The notes under the pieces were generated by a model, which worked only from the letters and a program-made list of their open reading frames with translations, was not told the origin of the DNA and did no database searches. Made by a program: the position numbers and the translations under genes. Below are positions 49,397 to 64,000 of a stretch of 64,000 nt of DNA, in pieces. Numbering within the stretch: the first letter of the stretch is position 1; every line of letters begins with the position of its first letter. This DNA comes from Paraphysomonas bandaiensis (taxonomy: Eukaryota; Protista; Chrysophyceae). Location of the stretch: the NCBI GenBank assembly GCA_965644295.1, contig CBFFRP010000287.1, forward strand, positions 62,001 through 126,000. The letters run 5' to 3'.

Positions 49397-52300
49397 CTAA
49401 GAAGTTACATGAATTTCTTCCTTTTCCTCTTCGGGTTTACTCTCTTGTACATATCTATCTAAAAACTCTGATGGTATTCCACCAACTTGGGCATACTGTT
49501 TAATTCGCTCGTGCATCGTTTGGGTAGAGAAATAATCAGCTTGAGCAGGTGATCGACGACTACCTGAACTAGAAATACTCGGTCGTCGACCCGTAGATGT
49601 TGAACGTCGCAAATGAGAGGCCCCTCGTCTGTCTAACGGGCTTGACACAACAGGAGCATTGCCAGTTAAAGATCCTGCAGCAGCAGATCGTTTGTATAAA
49701 TCCTGAGATAATATTCTCAAGTTAGTGTAGAATTCAGCCGTGAATTGAGGGTTGGAATCGTCGGACATATCCGACGGATTAACCTTAACAATATAATATT
49801 AACACAATATGTAACGTGGGATTAGAAAACATACCTTTATGTGAGATAGTGCATGGATAGCAACTAATCCAAAGTCACCAGATGAGGAAAGACGAGTCGT
49901 GTGAATATACAAGACCTGCGAGCTTTCGTCGTAGAGATAGCTGTTCTTGAAAGAATTGTTTGCTAAATCAGACGGAGGCAAAGAACTTGCTGCTTCAATT
50001 TTGACATGTGTTAAACCAATCATTTCCGCCAAATGACGTCCGAAGTCCAACCGGGCATGTTCTTGTACCGACAACTTGTCATCACTAACCACAACTAATG
50101 CCTCACCCTGAGGCGGATTACTTGAGTCCACATATACACCAGGAGATATTCGAGGTGACTCCACCTTCTTCTCTGGTAAAACTGTAGATTGCGAGGCTGT
50201 TTGTGGATCCTTGTTTAGAATGCCACTAACTTCCAGTGCGGACATGATACGATCAATTCGCTCTATTTTAGCGGTATCCAAGCCCCCCCCTTGTGACAAC
50301 GCCCCCCCATTCTCCAACACACTTATAACTTTATTGATACGTTCTAACTTTGCATCAATAAGTTGAATCGTTTGTGCCACAGCAGGTGACATATCCGCGC
50401 TTTGTAGAATGTTTCCAGATGTTGATAAAGGTTTTTGAGATTGTGTATCCGATCTCTCGTCAACAGTAGGCAATGGTGCCGTCGATGATGACATACCTGA
50501 AGTCGCTACCTGCTTCTTGGCAGCCATTTTAGTCTTCCTCTGCATTGCTAGGCGTGATTCAAGCTTCGACTTCCGCCGAGACCTTTCATGATCTAGAGAT
50601 TGATTAACTGCACTTAAGTCTTTCTCAAACTTAGCTAATATTCTCTGTTTTTCCTCATTGTGGAGCTTTCCGGCCTCGTCTTGTTGCTTCTTTTCGAATT
50701 CCTCCTTCTGTTTCAACAAGTTTTGGCGTTTCAGTTCAATCTCTGAAGTCTCCTTGGTTTGTTCTTCCTCTAACTGCTTCTTCATCTTTTGAATGTGCTC
50801 TTCGTGCTGGCTACGGAGCTGTGATTCTGTCTCTTCTCGCTCCTTTTGAATTTTCTCTGCAGCTGAAGCTTTCTCCGCGGCCAACCGGGCACGATACTCC
50901 GCCATAATCTCGACCTGGCTTTTTCCCATGTGCTCATTCAGCTTTGCCAACTGTTCCGGATCTGAGTACATATTAATCGCAACAGAGACCTCTTCGAGCT
51001 GCTTTTGTCGAAGCGACATTTGTTGTTGCGTATGTTCTCGCTCTAGCATAAGCACAGCACGCTCCTCAGCTTCTGCTTGCTTCTTACTGAATTTTGTATC
51101 TAAATCATTCAATGAGAGCTTGATGAAATCATCTGTTGACTTTCTCGAAACAAGCTTGTCAACTAAATCAATACGTGCTTCAGCCTTTTCTTGCATGACA
51201 GTCTCTACAGCAGTTTTCAGCGCATTCACTCGTTGATCGAAGTGCTTTTTAAGAAGATCAGACATTTCTGCAGAGTGCCGATCTCGTAAAATTGCTTGGG
51301 CGGCTTCACTGAGATGATTTTCTGGCACAAGACCTTTTCCAAGAGTTTCTCTGAAACAGTGGTCTTCCTTCGCACGATCGACAAGATCCATGCTGTCCGC
51401 TGCCGCGGCAGCTTCCTGTAGCCTCTCTGTCCAAAGCATTTTAGCTTGGCGTAATTTCTCTTTTTCTTCTTTTTCAGCAGCTTGTTTCTTCGCCAGCTCT
51501 GCTAGAGCACGCTCCTCTTGTTCCTTTAGCTCGCGCTCCTTTCTCGCTCTTTTTTCAGCCAAACGGTTTTCAAGGCGTTCTTTGCCTCCATGGATTTTGG
51601 CTGCTTCTCCTTCTAGTCGTTTCTTATCTTCCTTCTCCAATATTTCATGGAGGCGCTGTACTTTTCGTTGGTTCGCTTCTTCTTCAGCTCGTGTTTTGAG
51701 AGCTCGCTCTGTCTCCAATGCCGCTTCACGCGCCGCTGCAGCAGCAGCTTCCAACTCCTTTTCACGTGCTGCTAGCAGTGCAGCCTCCATCTCTTGTGCG
51801 TGCTTCTCTTCAAGTTCCGTTAGTAACTTCGATGTTTCCGATTCCTCGTTGTTTTGTATGGGTTCAACAGCATCTGCTTCTACATCAGAAACTTCGATCT
51901 CTTCGACAACAGAGTCCAGCTGTTTCTTCCTTTTGGCCTTCTTGTTTAGCCTCGACTTCAAGTTAGAACATTGGGCTTTGCGATCTGAAGCAAGTTGATC
52001 ACGCAGCCGGCGTAATTCTGCTTCGTGCTGTTCACGTAGACTATTTATGGCGTTCTGAGCGTTCGATCGTTCAGACGCAGCAAGAGCAGCTTTTTCAGCT
52101 GCTTGAATGTATTCTGCATCCAATTCTTTTCGAATTTTTTCGTCTAACTCCTTCTTCTTGGACTCAACTGCCGCAATCTCTTCTTTATTCAGACGATCCG
52201 TCAGCTCTTGTCGTCTCTTCTCGTCAATCGCTCTGGCTTCTTCTAACTTCGTCCTCATTTCATCATCTCCGACGCCAGAAGTTTGTAGTTCCGACTCGTG

Positions 52301-55300
52301 AGTACTACTTTCTTGTTTCAGGCGAGCTTCAAATGCTTCGATTTCTTTTCGTTTGAGTTCCAGCATTTCATTTTGTAGCCGAATAATCTCTTCCTCGTAT
52401 TGTTTCCGCAGATCTCCAACACGCTCTTCGGCTTCTTCAAGAGTTCGTTTCGCAGCATCTCTGGCAGCCGCAGCACTTGAGTAAGAGTCTTGTTCTTCAC
52501 GCGAAAGGTATTCCTTTTCATCTTTCAGCAGACGTGATCGCAGTTCCTGAGACTCTTTGTCTTCCTTCTCTTTCAGTTCAACTTCGACGGGAGATGATTC
52601 AAACTTCGATATACTTTCCTGTTCACGAGCTACTGCGTTCACAAATTCATTTTCAATTTCATCATCGAGCTGATTTAGTATATCCTGTTCATCTTCAAAT
52701 TCTACCGCAACCTGCGCTTCAACCTCTGACAAAGGTTTGTCACTCCTCGACAAGAGTTCACGCTTTCTTTGTTCTCGTCTTTTCTTCAAACGCTCCTGTG
52801 TAGCAGATTTTACGGCGGCTTTCTTCACTTCAAAAGCAACTTCCAACCCATTAATAGCTTTTTCGTAATCTAATCTGGATTGTAGTACTCTATCTGCAAA
52901 TTCATCGTTTACTGCTGCCAATAAATTGTCCTTAACTTTTCGCATTTCTTGATCCAGTGCATTCAAGTCTGCGCTGTCTATCGCACACTCTTCCTCTGCG
53001 ATAGACTCTGCATCTTCTTCAGACAAGCCTTTCTCCTCTAACTCTTTCTGTCGTGTGATACGTTTCTGTCTCAATTGCTCGTCTAACTCTTTGCGCTTTC
53101 TTCTATTCACAGCTGCAAGTCCATCTCTCAAGGCTGCAAGAGTATCATCCCTTGTGCGCATAATATTACTTTCATCAAGTGCCGTCTCTTCATCAATTGT
53201 TTCTAATGCGGCCTTCTCCTCAGCAGAAAGCATATCTTCTATCTCTCGCATATCAGCAATTTCTTGAGATGATAGTTCAGCTTCTGCTATCATCTTCGCC
53301 TCAGCTTCAGACGTCCCAGACTCTTGCAATTCCCTCTCGCGTCCTGAACGACGTTTAGCCATTTCGTCAGACTTCTTGCGCTTCAATTCAGCCTTTTTCT
53401 CTGATAGTTTTTCACGCATTCTGCGCTTCTTTTCTGCATTTCCCTTTCTGCACCGAGACAAATCTCTGTCAGCTTCCTTTACAACCCTATCCATCGTTTC
53501 TTCGTCCAATTTTTCCACAAAATCTTCGATTGCTTCACCCTGATTAATTTCAAATTCTGAGGCGCGTTTCGCAGCAATGGCTTCCGCTTCTTCTGGAGAA
53601 TAACCTTCAGTAATGTAACCTTCTTTGATAACACTGCGCTGTCGACTAGCTTCTTCGGACAAGTAATGCTTTTCTTTCTCGCGAAATTCATCAAGTCCGC
53701 CATTTATGCAAGACTTAAACAGCTCTAATCTACGAGCAAGTTCAGCCTCCGCATTATCCAATTCCTTGTGAATGCTGTCTCGAAGACTACGCTCTTCATC
53801 CTGAAGGAAGTTGTTCAAATCTCGTTCTTGAGACTGTTCATAAGTCTCAGATTCAGCTTGTGCGACTTGCTTAGCTTGTAGTTGATTCAATCCATCTTCA
53901 CGCAATTCAGCTTCACGTATTTGCCGTCGCATGGCAAGTTTATTTTGCAGATGCTTGTTGGCAGATTCGCGCCTATGCTTCAATTGCTCTTCAAGGCCAA
54001 CAAGGTTTCGTTCATGTTCTGCTCTCTTGGATGCAACTTCCTGGCGTCTCTCCCTTTGAGATTTTATCAAGTCCTCTAACTTCTGGATTCGCAGCAACTC
54101 CATTGAATTCTCAAGGGCTTCCACTTCTTGTTGCTTCCTATTTCTCATTTCACGAATATTGTCTTCAACTTTCTCAAGTGATAACTGATGGGTCAATGCT
54201 GATTGGAAAGCGGCACACAACTCTGCATGAAACGAAACCGAACACGCAGCTAGCGCACCAGCGGCTTTCTGATCTATGCTGAGTAGTGTGGATTCTAGAA
54301 GCCCATCGTTGTCACACAAACTCTGCCTGACATTGACACGATCTAATTCATACTTCGTTAAAGTGGCTTCTTGCTCAGAAATATATTTATCCTTGGCATT
54401 CTGGACACGTTCAGAATAGCTATTAAGCACTTTCTTCTTGTCATCAGTGTGTTCTTTAACTTGAGATTCCATCCGTCTAAACTCATCGCCGGTACTCTTC
54501 TCAGCTTCCTCCACATCCTGTTTTATAGTTTCGTCAATGCTATCATAGAGTGCAGTTAATTCCTCTGCCGGCCGATTAAGAGATAATAAGCGTTTGCTTT
54601 CGAACTCTCGGAATGCATGGCCAGAAATAATTATTTTTTGTGTCCGTCGAAGAATTTCAGCACTAAACGATTCACGGTAATAACTCATCTGCTTACAATG
54701 GGATGCATCAAATGCCGTAAAGCTAGCTGCAAGGTTTGGTTCTATTCCCTCAACCATACAAGCGGCATGCTGTTGGGTCAATAGCATTCCCGTAGCAAGC
54801 GATGAGTAAGCAGCATTCAGCTCGCATTCCTCGCGCTGTATTTCCGCGTCGATTTGAATTTCTGCGTTTTTCACAACATATTCGGGTAAGTTTTTGTTAC
54901 GATACAATGAGACCATAAACTCTTTCTTGGCAAGTAATGATGTGATAACTTCTCCCAGTATACTGCGACGAGATTTCTCAATCATGACAAGAAGCTTAAG
55001 TTCTCTTGCTGCATTCATTTCGGATGCTAATACCAATTCTCGTTCATAATCTGTAGCTGCACCTTCTTGGCGAGATTTCTCATCTTCAATTTCTTTTTTA
55101 AATTGCATGGAAAGCTTTCGAATCAACAACGAAGTATCCATTTTCTCATTTTCTCGTTGGTCATGAACAAAGCGACTGATTTCGTGCTCGGTAGCTCCTT
55201 GTCTATTGAGATCACTGAACAATTTCATTTCAGCGGCCTCTGCACGAAGACTGTTTTCGCCTAACTGCAAACGCATGCACCCATCATGGTATGAGTGCAA

Positions 55301-58300
55301 TGCAACAATCATTCGATCGTGTAGGTTACTCAATTGGGACGACATATCAACCATAGGCCCCCATGAAGTTGCTAACGAAATAATCTCATCAACCTTTTTA
55401 CCAACATCTTCCAAAATTAACTTTTGGGTCGCAATACCTTCTGAAACATACTCCTTACGACACTGTGACTCTATTTCAACAAAGTTCAAAATTTCATTTT
55501 GAGTGGTGTCGTCGAAATGTGATATACGCTTTCGAATGAATTCGGTTGTTACACTGAGTTCGTCATTTAGAAGTTGTGAAGATTCTGTAAACAACGAGTC
55601 AAGTTCTGATTTCAACAACGAGAAGTCATTCTCTCTCTCCTTTTTGAGAACAGTGACTTCATGTTCGATGTCAACATCGTCCAGGTTGTTTAACCATTTC
55701 TCCCGAATAGACCCCTCAAAATCTTCAACGCGAGTACGTTCCTTTACAATTTCAGAATACAATCTCTCAATATCGGCTGACTCTTCTTCGAAGAGACCTG
55801 TCATAAGCTTCTCCAACGAAACATCTCTATTCTCTACTTGAGTTCGTGATGAATGAAGTCGAAGCATATTCGATTTAGAAGGCGACCGTCCTAAATTTGA
55901 AGCAGAAGGAGACCTGGCCACATCAGGTGATGATGCTGACCTAGTTCGGTTTTCATTGTACAGATATTGTCTAAGTTTATCACATCTACGTTCCTTGAAT
56001 TTACTGTTCAATGAGAAAAACTTGATGCGTGCCAGAGCTCCTAAATGACGCATTTTTACGGCGTATCTGGTGCTTGATAGCGTTACCACTTTAGATTCAT
56101 ACACAGAACGTTCATCGTCAGAAATTTCGACCGCAGTATTCGACCTCATAAGTGCGTTCAACCGACTGCTACGTTCCAACTCAAGTTTCTTTTCGAGCTC
56201 TTCCTTTTCAGTGGCATGCTTTTCATCTATGGCATTTTCATCTTCACTCTCAGGGATTTCAATGGCAAGGGCACTGGTCAATGCGTCTTTTTGACGCTCT
56301 CTCTCCAACTCAAGAATTTTATTTACAAGTTGAGCGTCGGCATCCACTTCATTAATGAGGTCTCCTTTGAGGTCGTCATTAAAGTTAGCGTGCTGCAAAA
56401 CATCATCCTCCATTTTCTCCTGCATTTCAGCAAATTCATCCCTGTATTCATCACCATCTGAAACGTCTTCACCTTCATCGATAAGCGATTTACTCATCCT
56501 TCGTTGTTGATTTTGACCTTCACTAATACTATTTAGCAAGTTAAGCACTTGTTCCATATCTACTGATTGTGACGGTAATGACGACAAGAACTCATCTATT
56601 GCGGCTATCAACTCTTTCCTAGCATTATCAGCAAACTCACGGGTATTCTTGACGCCATCCATGCGCTCGTTAACTTTGAGCATTAACGCCATCAGAGCAT
56701 TGCGCAAATCATCAAGGTAACCAGCAAATACATCAACAGCATCTGATCGCTTGTTATCGGCATCCACTGGATTTCCTATCTCCAATGCTTTCATTATTTC
56801 CTGCCCCAAAGTATTCTCATTCACAACAAGAACACTAACTAGCTTTGGTGATCGTTGAGAAAAAGCCTTAAATGCATCTTCGAGGCTGAGTGTAGCATTG
56901 TCAGTATTAGCATCAGCAGTGACACATTGATCGATTCCAGACAAAATATTTTGAGGAAGTTCGACATTGCTCTCTTTCAAGGTGTGTTCAAATGTTATTT
57001 TTGCACTTTTGTATCGGCGATCTTCGTCACTTATGGCAAGGCAGAGTGACGAATCAATAAAATCCTTCACGTTTTCCAGCTCTTGAATAATTTCATGCAG
57101 CAAGGGCGACTCCGACTGTTTATCTAAGGCTTGATGATTGTAATGCTCAGTAGTTTCCTCAGATATCTGGTCAGATATACTGCGCGCAATACTGTCAGGC
57201 CCTTCATCAAGCAACTGTTGCAATCGCCCAAGTGTTTGCACAATTCGAGTTTCAGTTGAATGGATAGATACTTCATACATACCGCGATTTGATAAATCAA
57301 CCTTCAACCGGGACAGCAATGCAATAAGCTTCTTTGTCTGAGTCGTAGGATTCGCCCCACCCATATCAACAGTAACTTTAGCAAGCAGGTTCTTCAATTC
57401 TTCCACTTCTTGCTTCAATGAACCTTGCAATCCATTCAGCATATCATTTTGAATATGAATCTGGCGATCCATCTCGTCGTGGTGTGACTGCATGTGCTTC
57501 GCAAGCTCAGGTAAAAGCATCTCGTCATCAAACTCAATTTCAGCAGCTTCTCTAGCGGCAGCTGCCGCTTCTAAATCGTCTACTTGGTTTGCTTCATCAT
57601 TTTCGGCGGAAGGTATGACTTTACTAGCTTTGGGCGACTTCTTCGAAAAGAATCCACCTTTCGATGACTTTACTTCTCCTTTTTTGTTTCTACTGCGAGC
57701 TTTGCTGTCAATATCAAAATGTGAAGACCACGCTTTCTTTCTGAAGTAGTACATGAAGCTAATTAATACAAGAACAAGCCCAAGCATACCCAAGAGCAAA
57801 CCAAGGACCAAATCCCAATCAGGAGATAAAACGATGTTGTCATTCGATGTCACTCCAACGGTGATCAAATTGCTTTCAGTGAACTCCACAAAATATGACT
57901 CTGTAGAACAATTCACATTACTTGGCATAACCGTAACAATGATCAGATTACTGGGTGTTGATGACATCCGGAACACATATGTTCCAGCAATGGAAAATGT
58001 TACAGAGAAAGACGAAATTACGAGTGAACTTGAAGCAGCGGATACTAAATCACGGAATGATCCGTAATCGAAATTTTCATTTGTATTGAGCAGGGAGTCC
58101 TTAACATATTCCGGGTAGTCAGTGTTCGAAATGTCAAACACAATAGAATCACCCAACTTGAGACAAACAAGGGGGTTGGGAATAGTCACAGATGAATTCG
58201 ATGAATTGGAGCTCTGCAAGTGCCTACGATAGTCAGGCTTCTCAACTAGATACAATGTCTCAAACTGAGATACGTTTTCCTGCTCGACCCGGAATCGAAG

Positions 58301-61300
58301 ATCGGTGTTGAGTGTAGCATATATGTCGTTTGTAGCACCCAGTCTACGTCTCCTCCTAGACAATTCAGTAGACAATGTCTCGCCCAAACCGAAAGACCCA
58401 CTGAATGATCCACCACTTGTTGACATTGAGTAAATATTACTGTCAGGAATAGAACAATCAATTGAACCTTCAGAAACGATACCCGACAAGTCCAGAGTGT
58501 CAGTTTCTCCACTCACAGGATCGGTAATGACCACATTACCATCCGAATCGCATGTTGCTTTGATGACATTTTCTCTGCAATCATTATCACAAATCTCATC
58601 CAAAGTAGGAAGTCCATTGCACTCGCAAGTTCCAGTGGACTCGATAAAGGTACCGCCCACAGATCCACATTGTTCATTACAGTAGTCTTCACTGTTAACG
58701 CATTCACCGGTAGATGACCTCCTCTGTCCATCCCTGCAGCGACTGTATACAATAGGCTGACAATCGTACTCCCCATCTTCCTCTGATGAGACCACTAAGT
58801 TCGAGTCCACAAACTCGTAACCTGGGCGACAAACACACCATCCGTCGGTGGGCTGGAAAATTCTATTCTGTCCTTTACATGTACAAAGAGTAGAGCCTAC
58901 AACGGATGTACTGCTTGATGAGCATTTATAACACGAATCTTGTCCTTCTTCATTCTGATAGAATCCCGCAGCACACTTGGTGCATGCTGTTTCATTTGAC
59001 TCCCCAAAATTCGGTTGATATGTTCCCACTGGACACAAGCTTTCTACATGTGACCCGGCAGGGCAGTACGCACCTTTAGGGCATATATAACCATTTTCTT
59101 CATCGGAATTCGGCGTTGCAGATGTAGTTGCTCCCTCGCATACATATCCGGGGGGGCAAGTCGAGCATGTTAAACGCGACTCATCAGTACCATACTCCCC
59201 AGGTGGACAAGCCTCACATGCAGTTTCTTCTGATGATAACACCTCAAATGTGAAGTTACTTTCATCAACTGCTTTGTATCCCAGCGCACACATATATGGA
59301 TAGGCGGTGCCATTCGGACAGTATGTTCCTCTGAAGCAAGGAACTGGGTCTGTAGTCTGTTGAGGACAATAATAGTTTTCTGGACACGTGCGGGGGTACG
59401 TAGACTTCGCGGGACAGAAATAGCCAGGTGGGCACACAGTTGTGTTCACAGATCCAGCAGGGCAGTACACTCCATTTGGACACGAGAAATAAACGTTCGT
59501 TTCCCTAGGACAATAATGACCACCAGGACATTCATAGCACTCTTCTAAACTTCCTGCCCCCACTTGGTCCCTGTAACTTCCAGATGGACAAGGTAAAGGT
59601 GTTGTGCTACCATTCAAACAAAAGTGACCCACCGGACACGGCCACTCATTGGGATTCGATATACCTGTAGCATTACAAAACGCCCCAGCAGGACATATCA
59701 AGCAATCATCAAAGCCTGACTGAGATTGAGATGGATTATATCGGCCCTCTGGGCAAGCTATTCTGCTCTCACCAAGAGGACAGTAGTATCCAGGTTCACA
59801 TGGCTCCGGAACAGGGTCGCCATCATAGCAGACGTATCCGGCTGGGCAAGGACCACAGTCGTCAGGGCTAGCTCCGAACATTTCCAATCGAACAGTTGTG
59901 TTCTCACAAGGAAAAGGATCTGATGTTCCGCTGTAACAGTAGTGGCCAGGTGGGCATTGTCCTCCATCTTGTGCAGTTAAGAACTCAAGTATAGACGCTG
60001 GGTCCTCGTCATAAGCTGCAGTGTCGTGCAGCGGAGTAGGAGTACCCTGTCCGCTACGACAGAAATATCCTGCCGAACACTCCCCTGTAATCGTTCCATC
60101 AACACAGTAGTATCCTGCTGGACAGGATGCGCATTCATCAGCACTTGTCAGATTTACAGCTGCTCCATATGTCCCGTTTGGACAAAGAGTGGGTACACCA
60201 GAACCTTCGGGACAATAATTTCGCAGTGGGCAATCTGCAGGGAACGTCGAATTTCCAGGACAAAGTGTGCCAGCTGGGCACAGTGGACATGTTTCAACTC
60301 CAGTGGTGGGATTGTAAGTTCCGGCAGGACACCCTTCTGGCTCTGCAGAGCCTCGTGGACATTGCGTTGATGAAGGACAAGAATACCCTCCATTACCATC
60401 GATGGGATAAGGTGTGGAGGCACCGCCAGTACAAGCCTGCGAAAAATGTCATGCGCATGAAAAAAAGAACGAACAACCTACATGTCCTCCTCCACAGAGC
60501 CCACCGGACACACCATCCGTAGGTACTGGCGTGTTAGCTCCGTAAGAACAATAGTGACCCGGACTACATAATCCTTCAGGTTCTACTAAACCAGTGCTCG
60601 CACAAAACCAACCCGGGGTACACTGTATATACAATCACACATATAACAAACTATTTATCTTAGTACTTACATTGGAGCATTCGCTTGGGTACTTCAAGCC
60701 ATATAAATCGCTGAATGTACCGACAGGACAGGGGAAATCGGTGAAGTTAGAAAGTCCTGGAGGACAGTAATAACCAGGTTCACAAGGTAACGCAGCCCGC
60801 ATAGCGAAATGAGGGCAATATGAACCAGTAGGACATACATCACAAGAATACTGTCCAGACATATTCTGCAATGAACCTGGAGAACAGGGGAACTCAGTTG
60901 CATACTCTGTCATCGATGGACAGTAGTAACCCGGTGGACACTCAACTGGAGTTGTCGTATTCACCTCACAATAATATCCAGCAGGACATGACTTACACGT
61001 GTCATTACCCCTCTCATCCTGATATGTTCCCGCCACACATGGTATCGGATAGTCTGATCCAACAGGACAGTAATGACCCGTAGGACACACCAAATCATCG
61101 AAATCTGTAGGATTCGAAGTACCACTCGGACAATAATATCCAGCCAAGCATTGTCGTGTAGCCAAAACAGTTCCATTCAGAGGACAATAGTAACCCTTCA
61201 CACAAGCCTGACACTCCCCAACTGATGTCAAACCCAGTGATGATGTATTCGTACCAGGAGGACACTGGACTGGAGATGGTGAACCCTCCGGACAGTAGTG

Positions 61301-64000
61301 ACCAGGAGGACATATATCATTCGTAGAATTCGCATCCACCTCCACACAAGTCTCTCCAGAGTAGCTCACATGGAAACCATCACTATCATGTGGACTGGAT
61401 ACGGCTGAACCACCTCCACAATAATAACCAGAACTGCATGGAGCCGATGGCTCCAACAATGCCACTGCACCACAATACATACCAGGAGTACACTCCTGAC
61501 AATCCCACACCGAACCCAGACTCGATGCATTGCTATACGTACCATTAGGACAGGGGAACTCAGTTGCATACTCTGTCATCGATGGACAGTAGTAACCCGG
61601 TGGACACTCAACTGGAGTTGTCGTATTCACCTCACAATAATATCCAGCAGGACATGACTTACACGTGTCATTACCCCTCTCATCCTGATATGTTCCCGCC
61701 ACACATGGTATCGGATAGTCTGATCCAACAGGACAGTAATGACCCGTAGGACACACCAAATCATCGAAATCTGTAGGATTCGAAGTACCACTCGGACAAT
61801 AATATCCAGCCAAGCATTGTCGTGTAGCCAAAACAGTTCCATTCAGAGGACAATAGTAACCCTTCACACAAGCCTGACACTCCCCAACTGATGTCAAACC
61901 CAGTGATGATGTATTCGTACCAGGAGGACACTGGACTGGAGATGGTGAACCCTCCGGACAGTAGTGACCAGGAGGACATATATCATTCGTAGAATTCGCA
62001 TCCACCTCCACACAAGTCTCTCCAGAGTAGCTCACATGGAAACCATCACTATCATGTGGACTGGATACGGCTGAACCACCTCCACAATAATAACCAGAAC
62101 TGCATGGAGCCGATGGCTCCAACAATGCCACTGCACCACAATACATACCAGGAGTACACTCCTGACAATCCCACACCGAACCCAGACTCGATGCATTGCT
62201 ATACGTACCATTAGGACAGGGGAACTCAGTTGCATACTCTGTCATCGATGGACAGTAGTAACCCGGTGGACACTCAACTGGAGTTGTCGTATTCACCTCA
62301 CAATAATATCCAGCAGGACATGACTTACACGTGTCATTACCCCTCTCATCCTGATATGTTCCCGCCACACATGGTATCGGATAGTCTGATCCAACAGGAC
62401 AGTAATGACCCGTAGGACACACCAAATCATCGAAATCTGTAGGATTCGAAGTACCACTCGGACAATAATATCCAGCCAAGCATTGTCGTGTAGCCAAAAC
62501 AGTTCCATTCAGAGGACAATAGTAACCCTTCACACAAGCCTGACACTCCCCAACTGATGTCAAACCCAGTGATGATGTATTCGTACCAGGAGGACACTGG
62601 ACTGGAGATGGTGAACCCTCCGGACAGTAGTGACCAGGAGGACATATATCATTCGTAGAATTCGCATCCACCTCCACACAAGTCTCTCCAGAGTAGCTCA
62701 CATGGAAACCATCACTATCATGTGGACTGGATACGGCTGAACCACCTCCACAATAATAACCAGAACTGCATGGAGCCGATGGCTCCAACAATGCCACTGC
62801 ACCACAATACATACCAGGAGTACACTCCTGACAATCCCACACCGAACCCAGACTCGATGCATTGCTATACGTACCATTAGGACAGGGGAACTCAGTTGCA
62901 TACTCTGTCATCGATGGACAGTAGTAACCCGGTGGACACTCAACTGGAGTTGTCGTATTCACCTCACAATAATATCCAGCAGGACATGACTTACACGTGT
63001 CATTACCCCTCTCATCCTGATATGTTCCCGCCACACATGGTATCGGATAGTCTGATCCAACAGGACAGTAATGACCCGTAGGACACACCAAATCATCGAA
63101 ATCTGTAGGATTCGAAGTACCACTCGGACAATAATATCCAGCCAAGCATTGTCGTGTAGCCAAAACAGTTCCATTCAGAGGACAATAGTAACCCTTCACA
63201 CAAGCCTGACACTCCCCAACTGATGTCAAACCCAGTGATGATGTATTCGTACCAGGAGGACACTGGACTGGAGATGGTGAACCCTCCGGACAGTAGTGAC
63301 CAGGAGGACATATATCATTTGTAGAATTCGCATCCACCTCCACACAAGTCTCTCCAGAGTAGCTCACATGGAAACCATCACTATCATGTGGACTGGATAC
63401 GGCTGAACCACCTCCACAATAATAACCAGAACTGCATGGAGCCGATGGCTCCAACAATGCCACTGCACCACAATACATACCAGGAGTACACTCCTGACAA
63501 TCCCACACCGAACCCAGACTCGATGCATTGCTATACGTACCATTAGGACAGGGGAACTCAGTTGCATACTCTGTCATCGATGGACAGTAGTAACCCGGTG
63601 GACACTCAACTGGAGTTGTCGTATTCACCTCACAATAATATCCAGCAGGACATGACTTACACGTGTCATTACCCCTCTCATCCTGATATGTTCCCGCCAC
63701 ACATGGTATCGGATAGTCTGATCCAACAGGACAGTAATGACCCGTAGGACACACCAAATCATCGAAATCTGTAGGATTCGAAGTACCACTCGGACAATAA
63801 TATCCAGCCAAGCATTGTCGTGTAGCCAAAACAGTTCCATTCAGAGGACAATAGTAACCCTTCACACAAGCCTGACACTCCCCAACTGATGTCAAACCCA
63901 GTGATGATGTATTCGTACCAGGAGGACACTGGACTGGAGATGGTGAACCCTCCGGACAGTAGTGACCAGGAGGACATATATCATTTGTAGAATTCGCATC
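49397..64000 (-). CDS. Giant Cys-rich repeat (GCC2_GCC3/ephrin-receptor-like CPxGxYC) single-pass membrane protein with very long cytoplasmic coiled coil (5' partial)
   Basis: ORFs 60635-63895, 60449-60634, 49799-59887 and 49397-49768 join in frame through short GT-AG introns. TM LVLGLLLGMLGLVLVLISFMYYF, a >2000-aa E/K/R-rich region and the C-terminal motif NSFKNSYLY..RLSSSGDFGLVAIHALSHIK. Confidence 0.85.
60885..64000 (-). repeat. Near-perfect 666-bp (222-aa) coding tandem repeat, ~4.7 units visible
   Basis: Identical shadow ORFs recur every 666 bp (60961, 61627, 62293, 62959, 63625). Confidence 0.97.

Noticed and set aside
50928-58067. Many plus-strand ORFs of 60-200 aa
   Set aside because: Antisense shadows of the E/K/A-rich coiled-coil gene.

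Overview
Eukaryotic nuclear DNA, AT-rich, standard code, with many very short (mostly ~40-150 nt) GT-AG introns. Gene content and style suggest a stramenopile protist, possibly a chrysophyte (inference). About 16 protein genes: an EGF-repeat membrane protein, a C2orf81-like protein, an orphan protein, a Cmc1-like twin-CX9C protein, a GT2-like glycosyltransferase, a 3R-MYB, an ENOD93-like protein, a truncated RBM22/Slt11, an RRM+RING protein, the selenocysteine elongation factor eEFSec, an acid-ceramidase-like Ntn hydrolase, mitochondrial bL27, an ArfGAP, an intronless four-domain RNA repair enzyme, an SLC12 cotransporter and a giant Cys-repeat/coiled-coil membrane protein. There are also three tRNA-Ile(AAT) genes, three deleted hAT transposons and one MITE. 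The standout signal is a ~400-450 bp non-coding dispersed element, present as 5 near-full copies and 2 fragments. It has 10-14 bp target-site duplications, an (ACT)n tail and a 5' end that folds as an HDV-like (R2-type) self-cleaving ribozyme, so it looks like a ribozyme-headed SINE-like retroelement family. Also notable are the 2H-phosphoesterase/DSP/kinase/RNA-ligase fusion and an eEFSec with a duplicated C-terminal domain.
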